Source: Octopus bimaculoides (taxonomy: Eukaryota). Taken from it: a stretch of DNA of 61,167 bases. Positions 39,071 through 52,204 of this stretch are shown here, one piece after another (position 1 is the stretch's first letter; the number at the start of each line of letters is the position of its first letter). The notes beneath the pieces were generated by a model, which made no database searches, had not been told where the DNA came from, and saw nothing but the letters and a program-made list of their open reading frames with translations. The stretch is from the NCBI RefSeq assembly GCF_001194135.2, contig NC_068990.1:42968074-43029240 (forward strand). Direction: 5' to 3'. A program made the translations under genes and the position numbers.

Positions 39071-41240
39071 CTAGCTGAATGACTCAGCACAACCACATCT
39101 ACACCTTAATTTTTTTTAAATTTATTTATTTTCTTTTATTTCAGATTCCGCAAGCCAGAACTCTCTCCCTCCCAGTCCCGGCCTCTCCAATGAGCGTGAA
39201 GATGAAGTCGAATACAAATTCTGGAAGTTTGCATGAGATTTCACCAATGGCGAGGACAGGCGTGTCAAAGTCGGAAACATCCAAAAAATCCCGATTGTCT
39301 GGGTTACTGCTGTTCTCATTCAGATTAGTAAACAATAAATATGAAGATATGTTCTCATAATTATTTCAAAAATATCTATATTTTATTAAAAAATCCAACT
39401 TGTAATGATAATAGAATTTAGAACTAAAAATCTGTCAATCTTGAAGCACCTCAGGGTAAACAACATTGATTGTGTAACTTTTTGTTGGTGTTGAACTGAA
39501 TAAATTGTTGCAACTTCCAATTCGTGTGCAAGCAACTTAGAATTGGCCATAGGAGAAGCATGTAGTAGAGAGATCAAGTACAACTGCCTTGAGGGATTGA
39601 CTGTGAGATTTGTTCATTGAAATACCAAACCTTAGTTTGACTGGAAACTGAAGTGTCTTAACTCTTTAGTGTTCAGATTACTCTGTGAAATGTAATACTT
39701 TTCACTCAAATTGTTTTTAATTAATGATGCATTATCTTATAGATTTGAGGTTTCAAAGATGTGATTGTTTATTTTTAGAATGTCAATGTAGGTTAGGTGT
39801 GAGAGGCTAGATATTGCCAGTTTGAATATAAAACATGTAGAATATTTGAGCCGGATATGGCTGGTTTAAACACTAAAGGGTGAAATTCAAATGGAATATC
39901 TGTAGGTATGAGAGGCATTTTTGGAATGAAGACATTTTCTCCTTTATGACTACCTGTTATGATTGTTGCCTGTAGAATATGGGGCTTCATGGAAGTAACA
40001 ATTAAATGAGTTCCATTACACAGGTGAGATGGGTCAAGATTCCTAAGCAACATAAAACCTGGTTTTAGTGTCAAGTTATGAGGTGACATCCCAGTGAGTT
40101 TAAGGGTGTTCAGAAATTCAACAACCTGATCTTGATCGACTGTTGTCAATTGATCAAAAAGTCATTTCTGATGTATCTATTAACTTTTGAAGAAGTTCAT
40201 GATTGAGTTTATCAACCATTTCATTAGTTGGAGCTAGTATAGCTCTTTCACAGAGCCAGTTTACATCAGTGTAATTGACAGATACATTAGGAAATACTTT
40301 ATCCATAAGATTCCCTAAGTGAAAGTATCATTTGACCACATATAATTTCAGCAAGTAGCTGAAGTCTTGAGTTGAATGTTAATATCCTATTACCACACGA
40401 TGTAACAGTGCACTGATCTCAAACAATGAGGTAAGTTTATTGTAGAATTGTTGCCATTGCAGAGTTTTGGGAAATGTTGCACATTTGAGATTCTTTCATT
40501 GCAAGGTTTAGAGGGAGTTTGAACATGGGATGAGCAGTTCTTCCCCCATTGAGGAGGGTAGCTGCAATACTAGAAGATGCAACACCGGAAGAAGGTTAGA
40601 TTTCATTTCCTCCCATTTAGGATAGCAGGTGAAAGTGAGAAAAAGATCTGATTTTCCATATGTCCTGACATATGTCATAGCATCTCATGTTCATTCATGC
40701 ATATGTCGAGGATCACCTGTGAATGATGATAGGAGGCCCATGTTGCCCGTGTTTTCAATATCACCATCTGTCCTCAGAGCATCTTGGAGATGAACATAAT
40801 TTTTAGCTCTTAACTTTTTTGATTGTTACAAATGTAGAGGAGATGCTGACTCTCAACTTTAGCATGCATATCAATCAGGCACTGCTGAAATAGATCATGA
40901 TACATGTATAATTGATTTGATTGTTCTGGTCTTAACATCAGTTAGTGAGAATAGAAGTTATTTCATGACACCATTTTGTTTGTAATTGGCTCTCCTGTTG
41001 CAGGTTCAATCTGTGAAATATTGAAATGATACCCATTTTGTCCATTCCACAGAATAAGAGGATACTGGAGAGCATCATAAGAGGGATGAATCTCTAAAAC
41101 TCATCTAAGGTTGTTATCTCGAGCATTAATGAGAATATCACGATTTTCATGGGGATCACTTACCGTAAGGACAGCTACTCCATTAGATGTGGGCTCATTA
41201 AAATGGCTTAAAATGTCCTTTACTATAGTTTACTTATTTC
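39071..41240 (-). mobile_element. Degenerate, internally deleted Helitron (RepHel remnants)
   Basis: FNEPTSNGVAV...HPSYDALQYPL (about 41030-41220); SSFTGDPRHMHE..DAMTYVRTYGKSDLFLTFTCYPKW (about 40600-40740); VASSSIAATLL; LLRNLDPSHLCNGTHL; LQFPVKLRFGISMNKSHSQSL...CFSYGQF...VVYPEVLQD* (stop 39435-39437). Candidate 3' end CTAG|T at 39071. Confidence 0.88.
39662..39880. mobile_element. piggyBac-type MITE inserted in the Helitron helicase
   Basis: TTAA|CTCTTTAGTGTT...AACACTAAAGGG|TGAA. The helicase frame (..DIPFEF / KTLQFPV..) resumes across it. Confidence 0.85.
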
Positions 41241-42836
41241 TTTACTGCTAACCTATAGTTTACTATAGACATAACAAACGAGGAAACACACACACTCACA
41301 GACACATAGACACTCACATAATTTTTAATACTGGAAACACACGACGTTCAAATGAAATGTAGTTAATATAGATGCAAAACATACTTTCTGTTGCATAGTT
41401 ATGCTATAGAAATTCTTTTAGGGAATATTTCCAAAAGAAATATTCCAGCACCGGAAAGTCACCAACTTAGCAAAACTTACTATGTGCCACCAATGTAGCA
41501 AAGTACAGAAAGTCAACATTTATTTGGAACATGTACTAAATGTTATAAAATTCTGGATTGAATGTCACAGTGAAGAAAGTGAAAGTCCAAGAAAATTCAA
41601 AAGGCATAATTCAATTTTTCATACAAAAATAATTTATTATTTTACAATTTTTAAACGAATGCTGAACAAAGTGAGTAGAAAGGAATACGTTGCTGTTGTG
41701 AACATTAATTAATTTAAAACATTTGCTGAAGGATGTATATAGCAAGACATAAATTAATTTGACATCGCTTACTATATATTTTAATTGTGTAGAATAAATA
41801 CTGACTAATGCAGTAAAAAGGTTGCACAGCATTGAATACTCACACCAATAAAGCAGCATAGCAGGAGAACGATAAGAATGCTAGGACTGTTAAAAAAGCA
41901 TTATCTTCAAACTGGTTATAAGGGCTGGAATAACATTTCTGTAATTATATTGAAAGAGCCACTAAGGCTTTCTACTTCACCAAGTTTCTGAATTTCCTAT
42001 AATAACTAGAATAACATTTATTTTCAGAAACTATTCGCAAGTGTTGTGAGTGCTGCCAAATCAGCCATATCTTCTTGTTGGTTATAAAAACCAGAATAAT
42101 ATTTCAGCACATAAGTAGTGATAATCGTTAATGCTGTTTAAACCGCAACTCTCCATGATGAAAAGGAAAATTCAAACAGTGGTACTTCAAAGTGAACGTT
42201 GTTGTTCATTCAACGTCCAGGCAACACTAAATTAAACTCTTTCAAAATCAGCACATTTGACTGTTGGGCAATACAGCCACATACATATACTAAAACAGAC
42301 ACACACTGACATACATTCTTGAACACTTCAGGCTTATCTCTGTCCCTCTGTGTGTCTGTCTCTGTCATTAGATGTGTGTGTGTGTGTGTGTGTGTGTGCA
42401 TGCGTGTGTGTGTGTGTGTATGTGTGTATGTGTGTGTCAGTCATCACAGAGATGTATGTATACTGACAGACACAGACACCCTCACATACACACACATATA
42501 TACTTGTCAGTCATCAGCCTAACATACATAACGAATGCACAAACACACACATATTGACAGATATATACACACTCATATAGAAAATGTGACGTCATTGGCA
42601 TCGTTGTCATGGTTAAAAAATGTCATTTAAGATAGGTGACTTACAGACAGATTATAATGTTAAATTTTTGCAATGCAAATATGTAAATGAAAATAAAGTT
42701 TATTTGGTAGCCGAAAGAGTACTGAATCTTTTGATACTTCATACGTCAAAATTGGCAATTCATTTTGTGAATCCATAAGGAAAATACGCACGCTCACACA
42801 CACACACATACACACAAACTCTCTTTTATATATTAA

Positions 42837-42993
42837 CCCATTGAGCCTTTACCTCCTGAATCTTACACTTGAATCATACACCTGGCACTCCACTGGTGCT
42901 ATGGAATAGAGTGGTGCTATGGAATAGAGTGGTGCTACGGTCTAGAGAAAAATAAGCCATCCACCAGTAAACTGGTATTACGGGCTCAAAGGG
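42837..42993. mobile_element. piggyBac-type MITE, 157 bp
   Basis: TTAA|CCCATTGAGCC...GGCTCAAAGGG|TTAA; internal 18-bp tandem GTGGTGCTATGGAATAGA, about 2.5-3 copies. Confidence 0.8.
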
Positions 42994-43800
42994 TTAAAAT
43001 ATATAATTTTAAAATATATATATAAATGTATATATATGTTGTTGTACTTGGGGATGGTCATATTGCCAGTTTAGCCAATAAAAACACGCACTGTATATTT
43101 GATGTTAATTTGCTTCAGCTTTATATTACATTACATTACATTAATCGGCCAGAGTTCTTTCGTCACACTTCTGTGACCTCATCAGTGGTCCTTTGCTTTC
43201 TTCTTTCTTATGTGTGTCCCACCTTGCTAACTATCAGCCATTTTGTATTTTGTATATATATGATTTTTAAGATGTAATGAGGCACAAGAAGCCAGTGCCA
43301 TTTTGAACAAGATCTCACCGGTAACCATCTGCCATGTGCGAGACAACAACGAGATTCTCGGCAGCAACCAGTGTTTAAGCAAGAAACCAACGACATTCAC
43401 TCTCCCATTTCTTCTCATGCTTATGCTGAGAAATACTTCATAGCCAGCAGCTCACAGTGAACCCTTGTCCCGCTCTGACTCCACATGCTTATCTCCAGAG
43501 GTAATGAACCTCATGCGTACGGAGTTAAGACAAACCAAGCGCTGCTATAAAGATGAACACTGAGAGCAAACCACATGAATGAGATCTCTGTAAATAAATG
43601 GCTATTGAATTGTACTCCACTTGTGAACTTCTTCTTCTTCATGTTCCAGATCTTTGAAACTACAAACATGATTATAATGGAAGAAGGAGATACTCCACAG
43701 GTATCATAAACCTTCCATTTCATTATAAAGTATATATATAAATTCATACAGAGTGGGGTGCAAAAGTAGGTATATAACAACTACCACATCAATGTTATGA

Positions 43801-44220
43801 TACTCTTTTACTCTTTTACTCTTTTACTTGTTTCAGTCATTTGACTGCGGCCATGCTGGAGCACCGCCTTTAGTCGAGCAAATCGACCCCAGGACTTATT
43901 CTTTGGAAGCCTAGTACTTATTCTATCGGTCTCTTTTGCCGAACCGCTATGTTACAGGGACGTAAACACACCACCATCGGTTGTCAAGTGATGTTAGGGG
44001 ACAAACACAGACACACAAACATATACACACACATACATATATATATATATATACATATATACGACGGGCTTCTTTCAATTTCCATCTACCAAATCCACTC
44101 ACAAGGCTTTGGTCAGCCCGAAGCAATAGTAGAAGACACTTACCCAAGGTGCCACGCAGTGGGACTGAACCTGGAACCATGTGGTCAGTAAGCAAGCTAC
44201 TTACCACACAGCCACTCCTG
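43801..44220 (-). mobile_element. SINE family A, full length, young
   Basis: tRNA-like head, CCTTGGGTAAG core, internal (TA)n, tail ending in (AAAAGAGT)n; many CpGs retained. Confidence 0.93.
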
Positions 44221-44470
44221 TGCCTTAATACTTAATTCATTAAAATTATTAGCACATTAAATTAGTTAGCCTCATTTTTGATATTTTCAATGTCATTAAT
44301 CAAAATAATACATTTATCATAACTATAATAATACTTTTATCATAACTTTTAATTTTTTTGATAAAAATAAATGCATATTGTATGTATTTTATTTCATAAC
44401 TGTATACCTAGTTTTGCACCACCTATATGTAAAATTTATATTTATATCTCCCTCAATATGTATGTATATA

Positions 44471-44856
44471 GGTGCAGGAGTGGCTGTGTGGTAAGTAGCT
44501 TGCTTACCAACCACATGGTTCCGGGTTCAGTCCCACTGCATGGCACCTTAGGCAAGTGTCTTCTACTATAGCCTCGGGCTGACCAAAGCCTTGTGAGTGG
44601 ATTTGGTAGACGGAAACTGAAAAGAAGCCCGTCGTATATATGTATATGTATGTATGTGTGTGTCTGTGTTTGTCCCCCCAACATCACTTGACAACCGATG
44701 CTGGTGCGTTTACGTGCCCGTAAGTTAGTGGTTCGGCAAAAGAGACCGACAGAATAAGTACTAGGCTTACAAAGAATAAGTCCTGGGGTCAGTTAGCTCG
44801 ACTAAAAGGCAGTGCTCCAGCATGGCCACAGTCAAATGACTGAAACAAGTAAAAGA

Positions 44857-44858
<2 letters not shown>
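44471..44858 (+). mobile_element. SINE family A, full length
   Basis: GGAGTGGCTGTGTGGTAAG...GGGTTCAGTCCC...CACCTTAGGCAAGTG...CAGCATGGCCACAGTCAAATGACTGAAACAAGTAAAAGAG. Confidence 0.93.
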
Positions 44859-44891
<33 letters not shown>

Positions 44892-45280
44892 GATAAAACT
44901 TACTTGGAAAAGGATGCATGGCGTTCGATCATATAATAATATAAATAATATATAAATATATACATATATCCATACATATATGTAAATAGCTACATCTATA
45001 TGTATACATACATGCATGTACCCATATATGCATGTATGCAAACATATAGATGTAGGTATGTGCATATATGTATGGATATATGCATATATTTATATATTAT
45101 TTANNNNNNNNNNNNNNNNNNNNNNNNNNNNNNNNNNNNNNNNNNNNNNNNNNNNNNNNNNNNNNNNNNNNNNNNNNNNNNNNNNNNNNNNNNNNNNNNN
45201 NNNATATATATATATATATAAATATATATACATACATATAGATACATATATATACACACACACACATATGTGTATATATC

Positions 45281-45312
<32 letters not shown>

Positions 45313-45780
45313 TACATATGCACATACATACATACGTGTGTCAGTGTGTGCATTTAAGCATTGCCTGTAGGTCAGTTCTAATATATTTAGTCTCTAGTTG
45401 ATAATTTAATATGATAATCAAGGGAATTCTTACAAGTAGAAAATAAAATTGTGAAGTAGCCACCAGCCCAAATTAAAAGAAGATATATAGGGGATAAGCC
45501 ATAGAAGGGTGTGCATGGACTGGGAGTGGGGAGAGAGTATTTTGTGGAAGAGAAAGAAAGAGAGCGATGGGAGGGAGTGAGTGTAATGGCTGTCAGAAAT
45601 AATAGTGGATGAAGTGATGAGGAAGAGAGTAGGGTGTAGCTATGAAGATAAGTGAAGGCAAGAGATTGGTAGTGATGTACGTCAATAATGAGTGACAGGT
45701 GAGTGAATAAGGGAAGGAGTGAGTGAAGCCTAACAATAAAGAAAAGATAATTGTAAGGGTTTATTGAATACAGTTTATGT

Positions 45781-46039
45781 TAGAGGTTCTCAACCGGGGT
45801 CCGTATGACCCTTCAAGGTCCATATAAGGATTTTATTGTTAAAGTTTATGTGCAATTAATTAGTCATACTTCTACAATACAATAGATATTTTAACAATTT
45901 TTCTACAAAATTCCTCATAATATTTAATTACTAAAAAATATAATAGGATTTTATTTCAGCATCAAATGTTTATTAGGGTCCATTAGAGTAAAATAAGAAT
46001 CAAAGGGGTCCACAGATAGAAAATGGTTGAGAACCACTG
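45781..46039. mobile_element. hAT-Charlie-like MITE
   Basis: TIRs TAGAGGTTCTCAACC / GGTTGAGAACCACTG; flanks GTTTATGT / GTCTGTGT (6 of 8 match, a decayed 8-bp TSD). Confidence 0.8.
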
Positions 46040-46879
46040 GTCTGTGTGATGTCATTCCTTAATACATGAGCAGACATGAAAGATGGAGTGGGATAATAGT
46101 TAGGGATATTGAATGGGTGAGTGATGAATAGGTTTCGAAAGAAGAGAGGAGTAGAGCAGTTTATAGAGATAACATATATGAACACAACGATTGGCAAAGA
46201 CCTAAATTTAGATATTATCATTACTACCTTTCACTGTGTTTGAACATGAACAGCCAGTGTCAAACAGATGGGATTCGCAGAACAGTTTGTACTGTTCGTT
46301 ATTTTAGTCACTGGATACAAAAACATGGCTCACAAGACCTTCATTTGGGTGATTTTCCTAAGTCATCATTTCATCCTTGTACACCAATCCATCACAAAGT
46401 TACCCATTTATGGCTGAGTGGACTGCAGCAGCATGAAATGAAGTGTTTTGCTCAAGAACACAATGCACAGTTAACATGGGAATCAAAACCATGATCTCAT
46501 TATCATGAGTGCAACACTCTAACCATTAGGCCACACACCTTCACTATCGTACATCCCAATACCCATTCCACCACCACTACCATCATAATCATTCTTAGGT
46601 TCATTTTGTCCATTTTCCCATGTTTATTTGGGTTCGGTGGGTCTTCTAACAATATACCACCACTCGTTGTGGTCCTTTGATATCTCTACTTTATATTTTG
46701 TTTTTAAATAACAAGCTAACCTTTATACCTTTGACCCTTACATTGTCAATGCAAAATATTAGAAACAATAAAACAAAAAATAACTAAAACTTCTGATATA
46801 TCCTACAAAAGGGGCATTTCTAAATATTCACACCTGCTAACAAAGTTCTACATACATGAATAAATTCTGAACATTGCCA

Positions 46880-48340
46880 TTGTGGGCAAGTGCTAGATAT
46901 TGCTGCACAGCTGAACGTCCTCTGAGCAGCAATACCCTTTTGGGCATGGTGCTTTACAACCAATAGTCACTGAACTTCCGTATCATATCCCAGAGTTTCA
47001 GCAGCACATTGAAGAACCTGATCTCAAAAATCTTCCAAAACTGTAGTACTTTCAATGCTGGACAAGTGAGTCTGAAGCTCAACACAGCATCATATATCTT
47101 GTGGACATTCAAACACAGAGGAATGCAAATTGGCCCTCTTCTCTCTTTCATCTTGCATCCACGTTGTTGTATGATCACTTTTGTGCATAAAATGAGTGCT
47201 TGTGATGTAAAGTCCATGTTCATTGCAAAGCTCCAGCAGCATGAGACCATTGCTAATCACTTTCCCTACACCAAAACGTCCAAGAGAGTTCCATGTTTGC
47301 CAGTCTGTTCCAACCCTGGCATTGAAATCTCCCAGTAGAATGACTTTATCAGAATTAGGGATTTTTCTAAGTATGACTCTCAGCTGGGTATAGAAGATAG
47401 TTTTCTCTTCATCATAATTAGTCAAAGTAGATGCAATAGACCCTTATTAGAGTGGCAAACCACCCACCTTTCAGGTGCAATCATAGGGTCATTAGACATT
47501 CATTTATAGGAACAGGAAGCTCCTCCAACTTCTTAAGGATATCAGATCAAACTGCAAAGCCAACACCAGCCTCTCTGCACCCTTCCTTCTGCCAAAAAAA
47601 GGTGTATCCACCTCCTACTTCCTCAAGCTGACTATCACCTTCAATACAAGTCTCTGAAAGTGCAGCTATATCAATGTTATAGCAGTTTAGCTCATGAGCA
47701 ACAAGTGCAGTACATTTTTCAGGGCACAATCACTCTTGTTATCCAAGAGAGTGTGCACATTCTAACATGAAATGTTGAAGTTCCATCCAGATTCTGTAAA
47801 AGAAAAGAAAAAAAAAAAAGAAGCAGCACATGTCGAGCAGAGGTCGGCAATGCCTGTGCTGAGTTTTAGGTCCAATGAGGCTTGCACAACACCTCATAGA
47901 CCCTCTCCACTCTATTGACATTATCCAGAGGCAAGCCAGAATGAGATGTCTGGTGCCAAAATGAGTTGCAGGCTCAGGGATGTGGGGGCGCCATGATCTC
48001 TAGCACAAACCAAAGATCCCCAAAATGTCCAATGCCATTCCCTGCATATATGGTTTTATATCAAAGTGACCTTCTCCTAGAGACATGCTTCAACATAAAC
48101 TGAGGGGTGACTCACTCCCAGTGGTCTTCTAGCACACCAGACACCACCCCAGAATTTCTGTGTACTTGTGCTACTGTTAGATAGTCATTGAACCTGAACT
48201 AGGTTCATCTGACCTTTCAACAGGTCTTGTTTTTAATCCTACTGGGTTTCTAGCAACCCTCATCACTAGGGTAGCCTGGTGGGGTGCCGGTTAAGTCACC
48301 GACAACATGACCATGCAACAGGTTGCATCACTCCAGTCCA
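46880..48340 (-). mobile_element. RTE (BovB-like) LINE 5' part: apurinic-type endonuclease domain and probable 5' UTR
   Basis: TALVAHELNCYNIDIAALSET...GGGYTFFW...EAGVGFAV; EEKTIFYTQL...KVILLGDFNARVG...NGLMLLELCNEHGLYITST. The UTR extent is approximate. Confidence 0.85.
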
Positions 48341-48731
48341 TCACTCCAGTCTATTCAGCTGTAAAGGATAAGCAATGAACTAGCCACCTGTTCAGAGGGA
48401 ATGTGCTGACCATGGTCACATTATATGCCATGGAAACTGGATAACTAGCCTCATGAGTCCTAAAATTCAAGACAGTGGTGTTTAGGGGACTTACTACTAA
48501 GGGCACTACATTACAATCCCTTATAATGTGTGTGTGTGTGTGTGTGTGTGTGTTTATCATCGTCATCATCATCGTCATCATCGTCATTGTCATCATCGTC
48601 ATCATTCTCATCATCATCATTTAACATTCATTTTCCATGCTGACATGAATTAGACAGTTTGACAGGACCTGGCAAGCCAAATGGCTGCACTAAGTTCTGG
48701 TTGTCTGTTTTAGCATAGCTTCTACAGCTGG

Positions 48732-49183
48732 GTGGAGGCGCAATGGCCCAGTGGTTAGGGCAGTGGAATCACGGTCATAGGATCTCGGTTTCGATTCCCA
48801 GACCAGGCGTTGTGAGTGTTTATTGAGTGCAAACACCTAAAGCTCCTTGAGGCTCCAGCAGGGGATGGTGGTGAACCCTGCTGTACTCTTTCACCACAAC
48901 TTTCTCTCACTCTTACTTCCTGTTTCTGTTGTGCCTGTAATTCAAAGGGTCAGCCTTATCACACTGTGTCACGCTGAATATCCCCGAGAACTACGTTAAG
49001 CATACACGTNNNNNNNNNNCCTTATCACACTGTGTCACGCTGAATATCCCCGAGAACTACGTTAAGCATACACGTGTCTGTGGAGTGCTCAGCCACATGC
49101 ACATTAATTTCACGAGCAGGCTGTTCTGTTGATCGGATTGACTGGAACCCTCGACGTCGTAAGCGATGGAGTGCCAACAACAA
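48732..49183 (+). mobile_element. SINE family B, full length, inserted in an RTE-type 3' tail repeat
   Basis: GTGGAGGCGCAATGGCCCAGTGGTTAGG...GGTTTCGATTCCC; TSD CTACAGCTGG (48722-48731 and 49184-49193); about 55 bp duplicated across a small gap. Confidence 0.92.
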
Positions 49184-49833
49184 CTACAGCTGGCTGTCCT
49201 TCCTAACACAAACCACTTTACTGAGTGTACTTGGTGCTTTATATGTGGCGCCAGCATGAAAGCTCTTACATGGCACTGGCACAGATGCATTTTCTACATG
49301 GCGCCAGCATGAGTGCTTTTTCATGACACTGGCGCATGAGTGTGTTGTGTGTGTGTGCATTTGTGTATGTGTATGTGTATGTGTACTGTATATACACACT
49401 TATTGAAGGGCTTACATTGAAATGCGGAAACCACATTGAATTGACTGTCATCAAGTGATAATGGTTTGTAATTGGTGTTGGTTCCTTTATGAGATACACG
49501 CAGACAAACAAATCATTTTTTATATATTGATAGATTAAAGTATTTGTATAAAATCCAATTCCCACTCCAACTTCTCTATTAATATAGATTTTCTCTTTGA
49601 TCTAGTAATCACTCTCAAGAGAAGGAAAAGCAAGTGGTGCCACCTGAATGAGAAACACAGGACAATCCTCTTCTGCCAAAATCTGTGAACTTGTGTCTTT
49701 TTTGAAGAATTATCATCATGAAGTCATTACAAAATAAGCAAACAGTGAATTGTATTTATTTAACAAAACAAAGAAGATCGTTAATGAAAGAATTATCTTT
49801 CTTAGATTTGGTTTTGTTTTTTGTTTTTCGTGT

Positions 49834-49871
<38 letters not shown>

Positions 49872-49994
49872 GTTACATACAAAGAGAGAGAATGACACAT
49901 GAGGTATTTTTATTTTATATCAGATTATCACATAATACAGCAAATGGTATTGCAATTGAAAAGATGCGTAAATAGAAGGAAAATAGAAAGCTTA

Positions 49995-50111
49995 AGAGTA
50001 AGAGAGAGGGAGAAAGAGTGGGAGAGAGAAAGAGAGAGAGAGAAAGAGAGAGAGAGAAAGAGAGAAAGAGAAAAAAAGAGAGAGAGAAAAAGAGAGAGAG
50101 AGAAAAAGAGA

Positions 50112-50165
<54 letters not shown>
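49995..50165. repeat. (AG)n/(AAAG)n microsatellite
   Basis: Direct reading; source of the ERER and SLSL ORFs. Confidence 0.95.
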
Positions 50166-50168
<3 letters not shown>

Positions 50169-50738
50169 AGTGAGAAGTCAAGGTAGAATTGCAGAAAATA
50201 AAAATGAAATAAAATGACATCAAAAACCATCAGTTTCTGTATTTGGCTTCTTGAGTTATTTTGTTTGTCTTTTTCGTTTTATTGCTTTTCTTTTCTCCTA
50301 TTTTATATTTTACTTACTGCTGCTGCTACCACCATTTCTATTGCGACCTCTATCAACCATACTACTCTCCTTAATGTTTCACTGTTTATTTATTTCCCCC
50401 CACCCTCTGCTCTTCCTCCACCACCATCATCACCCTCACCTATATTCCAACAACAACAACAACAACAATAAAATCGAAATCCCCATCACCACTGCCACCG
50501 CCATCAGCAGCACAAACAGCAATGATAACAACAACACCAGCATTACTCTACAAGCATCTCGCTGCTTTTATTTCCATACTACCACCTAACAATAAAACAA
50601 TGAACACCACCACCATCACACCTTTATAACAACACACACAGCAACTATCCATTGTTTCCAAGCAAAATTTATATTTTACTGTTAAATTTCTTATATATGT
50701 ATGTGCATCTATATGTATCTCTTTCTCCAATGTATATG

Positions 50739-50778
<40 letters not shown>

Positions 50779-51770
50779 TANNNNNNNNNNNNNNNNNNNN
50801 NNNNNNNNNNNNNNNNNNNNNNNNNNNNNNNNNNNNNNNNNNNNNNNNNNNNNNNNNNATATATATATTTATATATATATATATATGCACCAAAGCATGT
50901 GAGAGTAGGACCAACCAGAGCTGAGAGCTGAGAACAGCAAACAGCAAAACAAAATGGTTGCTGCATGGCTTGAGTGGTTACAGAATATACAGTTTGGTGT
51001 GTGATGGCTGTATGAATGATGGAGGGGAAAAAAACATAAAGGCTTGCAACAGTACAGACCAGAATATTTGGATATTCCTGTGGCATCAATGTTGTTTGGC
51101 ACTGCTGGAGTAAGTTATGCTGTCAGAAGGTGTGGATAATAAGAAGTATTTGTCCAACCCATTCTAGCATGAAAAACAGATGTAAATAATGAAGGAATAT
51201 GTATGTGTGTGACTGCATGTGTGTGTGTGTGTTGGTCAATGTGTGTTGCCATATATAAGTCTAGAAGCAGTGACAGAACAAAATTTCCATTGCAGAACAA
51301 AACTATTTCTTCCATAGTGAGTATAATACTGTTTATAGACATGCAGGCTACCACTAGTTTCCTTACCCACACCATATATTTAAGTGACTATTCACACCTG
51401 CCTTTCTCACAAGCTGCTAAAGCCCACCCTGTCAATTTCCCACCTATATCTTTCTAATCTACCACACTTTACAATACTTTCTTTCTCTCTCTTTCACCTT
51501 TCTCAGGATAGACACTGACTTCTCCTTCCGGCATCACAAACAGAATGCAGACAATTAACAAAAACGCTTGGTGTTTTATATATTAAAATGTCTAATCTAA
51601 ACACAAATGCTATGTGCACCACAAGTCGATGCAATAGGATCTCTCATGGTACATAACACAATATGTTGTGTTTTAACAAGACATCTACTTTTAGTGGGAG
51701 ATAATGACAGAAATATTTATTATACATACATGTACATATGTACATATATACATATATATATGTATATATA

Positions 51771-51804
<34 letters not shown>

Positions 51805-51811
51805 CACACAC

Positions 51812-51867
<56 letters not shown>

Positions 51868-52094
51868 TCCTCAAGCCTTAGATTTGGTAGTTGATAAAAA
51901 AGACTAATAAATTAAAAATGAACCACAATCCTTTACAAGCTATGGCCCTATCAAACTTCTTACAGTTCTTAGAAGTGAAGTATAATCTTAGCTACATTAG
52001 TAACAACATGGACTCTTTCCCTCTTCTTGCTCTATTAGAGAATTTGAGTAAAATCATATTAATGTGCCCAACTGATTAAAAATTCTATTTATCT

Positions 52095-52204
52095 ATGCAG
52101 CTGAGGCTGCATTTAAATTGATGTAATGATTGCATCATTCAATTAAATGGAGCCACTTGAAACGGTCGTACTGCATCGCCTCTTGATATCCTGTTGCTTA
52201 TTTA
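52095..52204 (+). repeat. Hammerhead-bearing (TA)n-adjacent repeat, copy 1
   Basis: ATGCAG-CTGAGGCTGC...ATTAAATGGAGCCACTT-GAAACGGTCGTA-CTGCAT; homologous to 55590-55715. Confidence 0.6.

Noticed and set aside
39141-39335. Minus ORF with IGEAGTGRERVLA resembling a P-loop
   Set aside because: Short, lacks the catalytic Lys and any downstream ATPase motifs; likely coincidence.
48955-49075. Direct duplication inside the SINE
   Set aside because: Flanks a 10-N gap; typical unmerged contig overlap.
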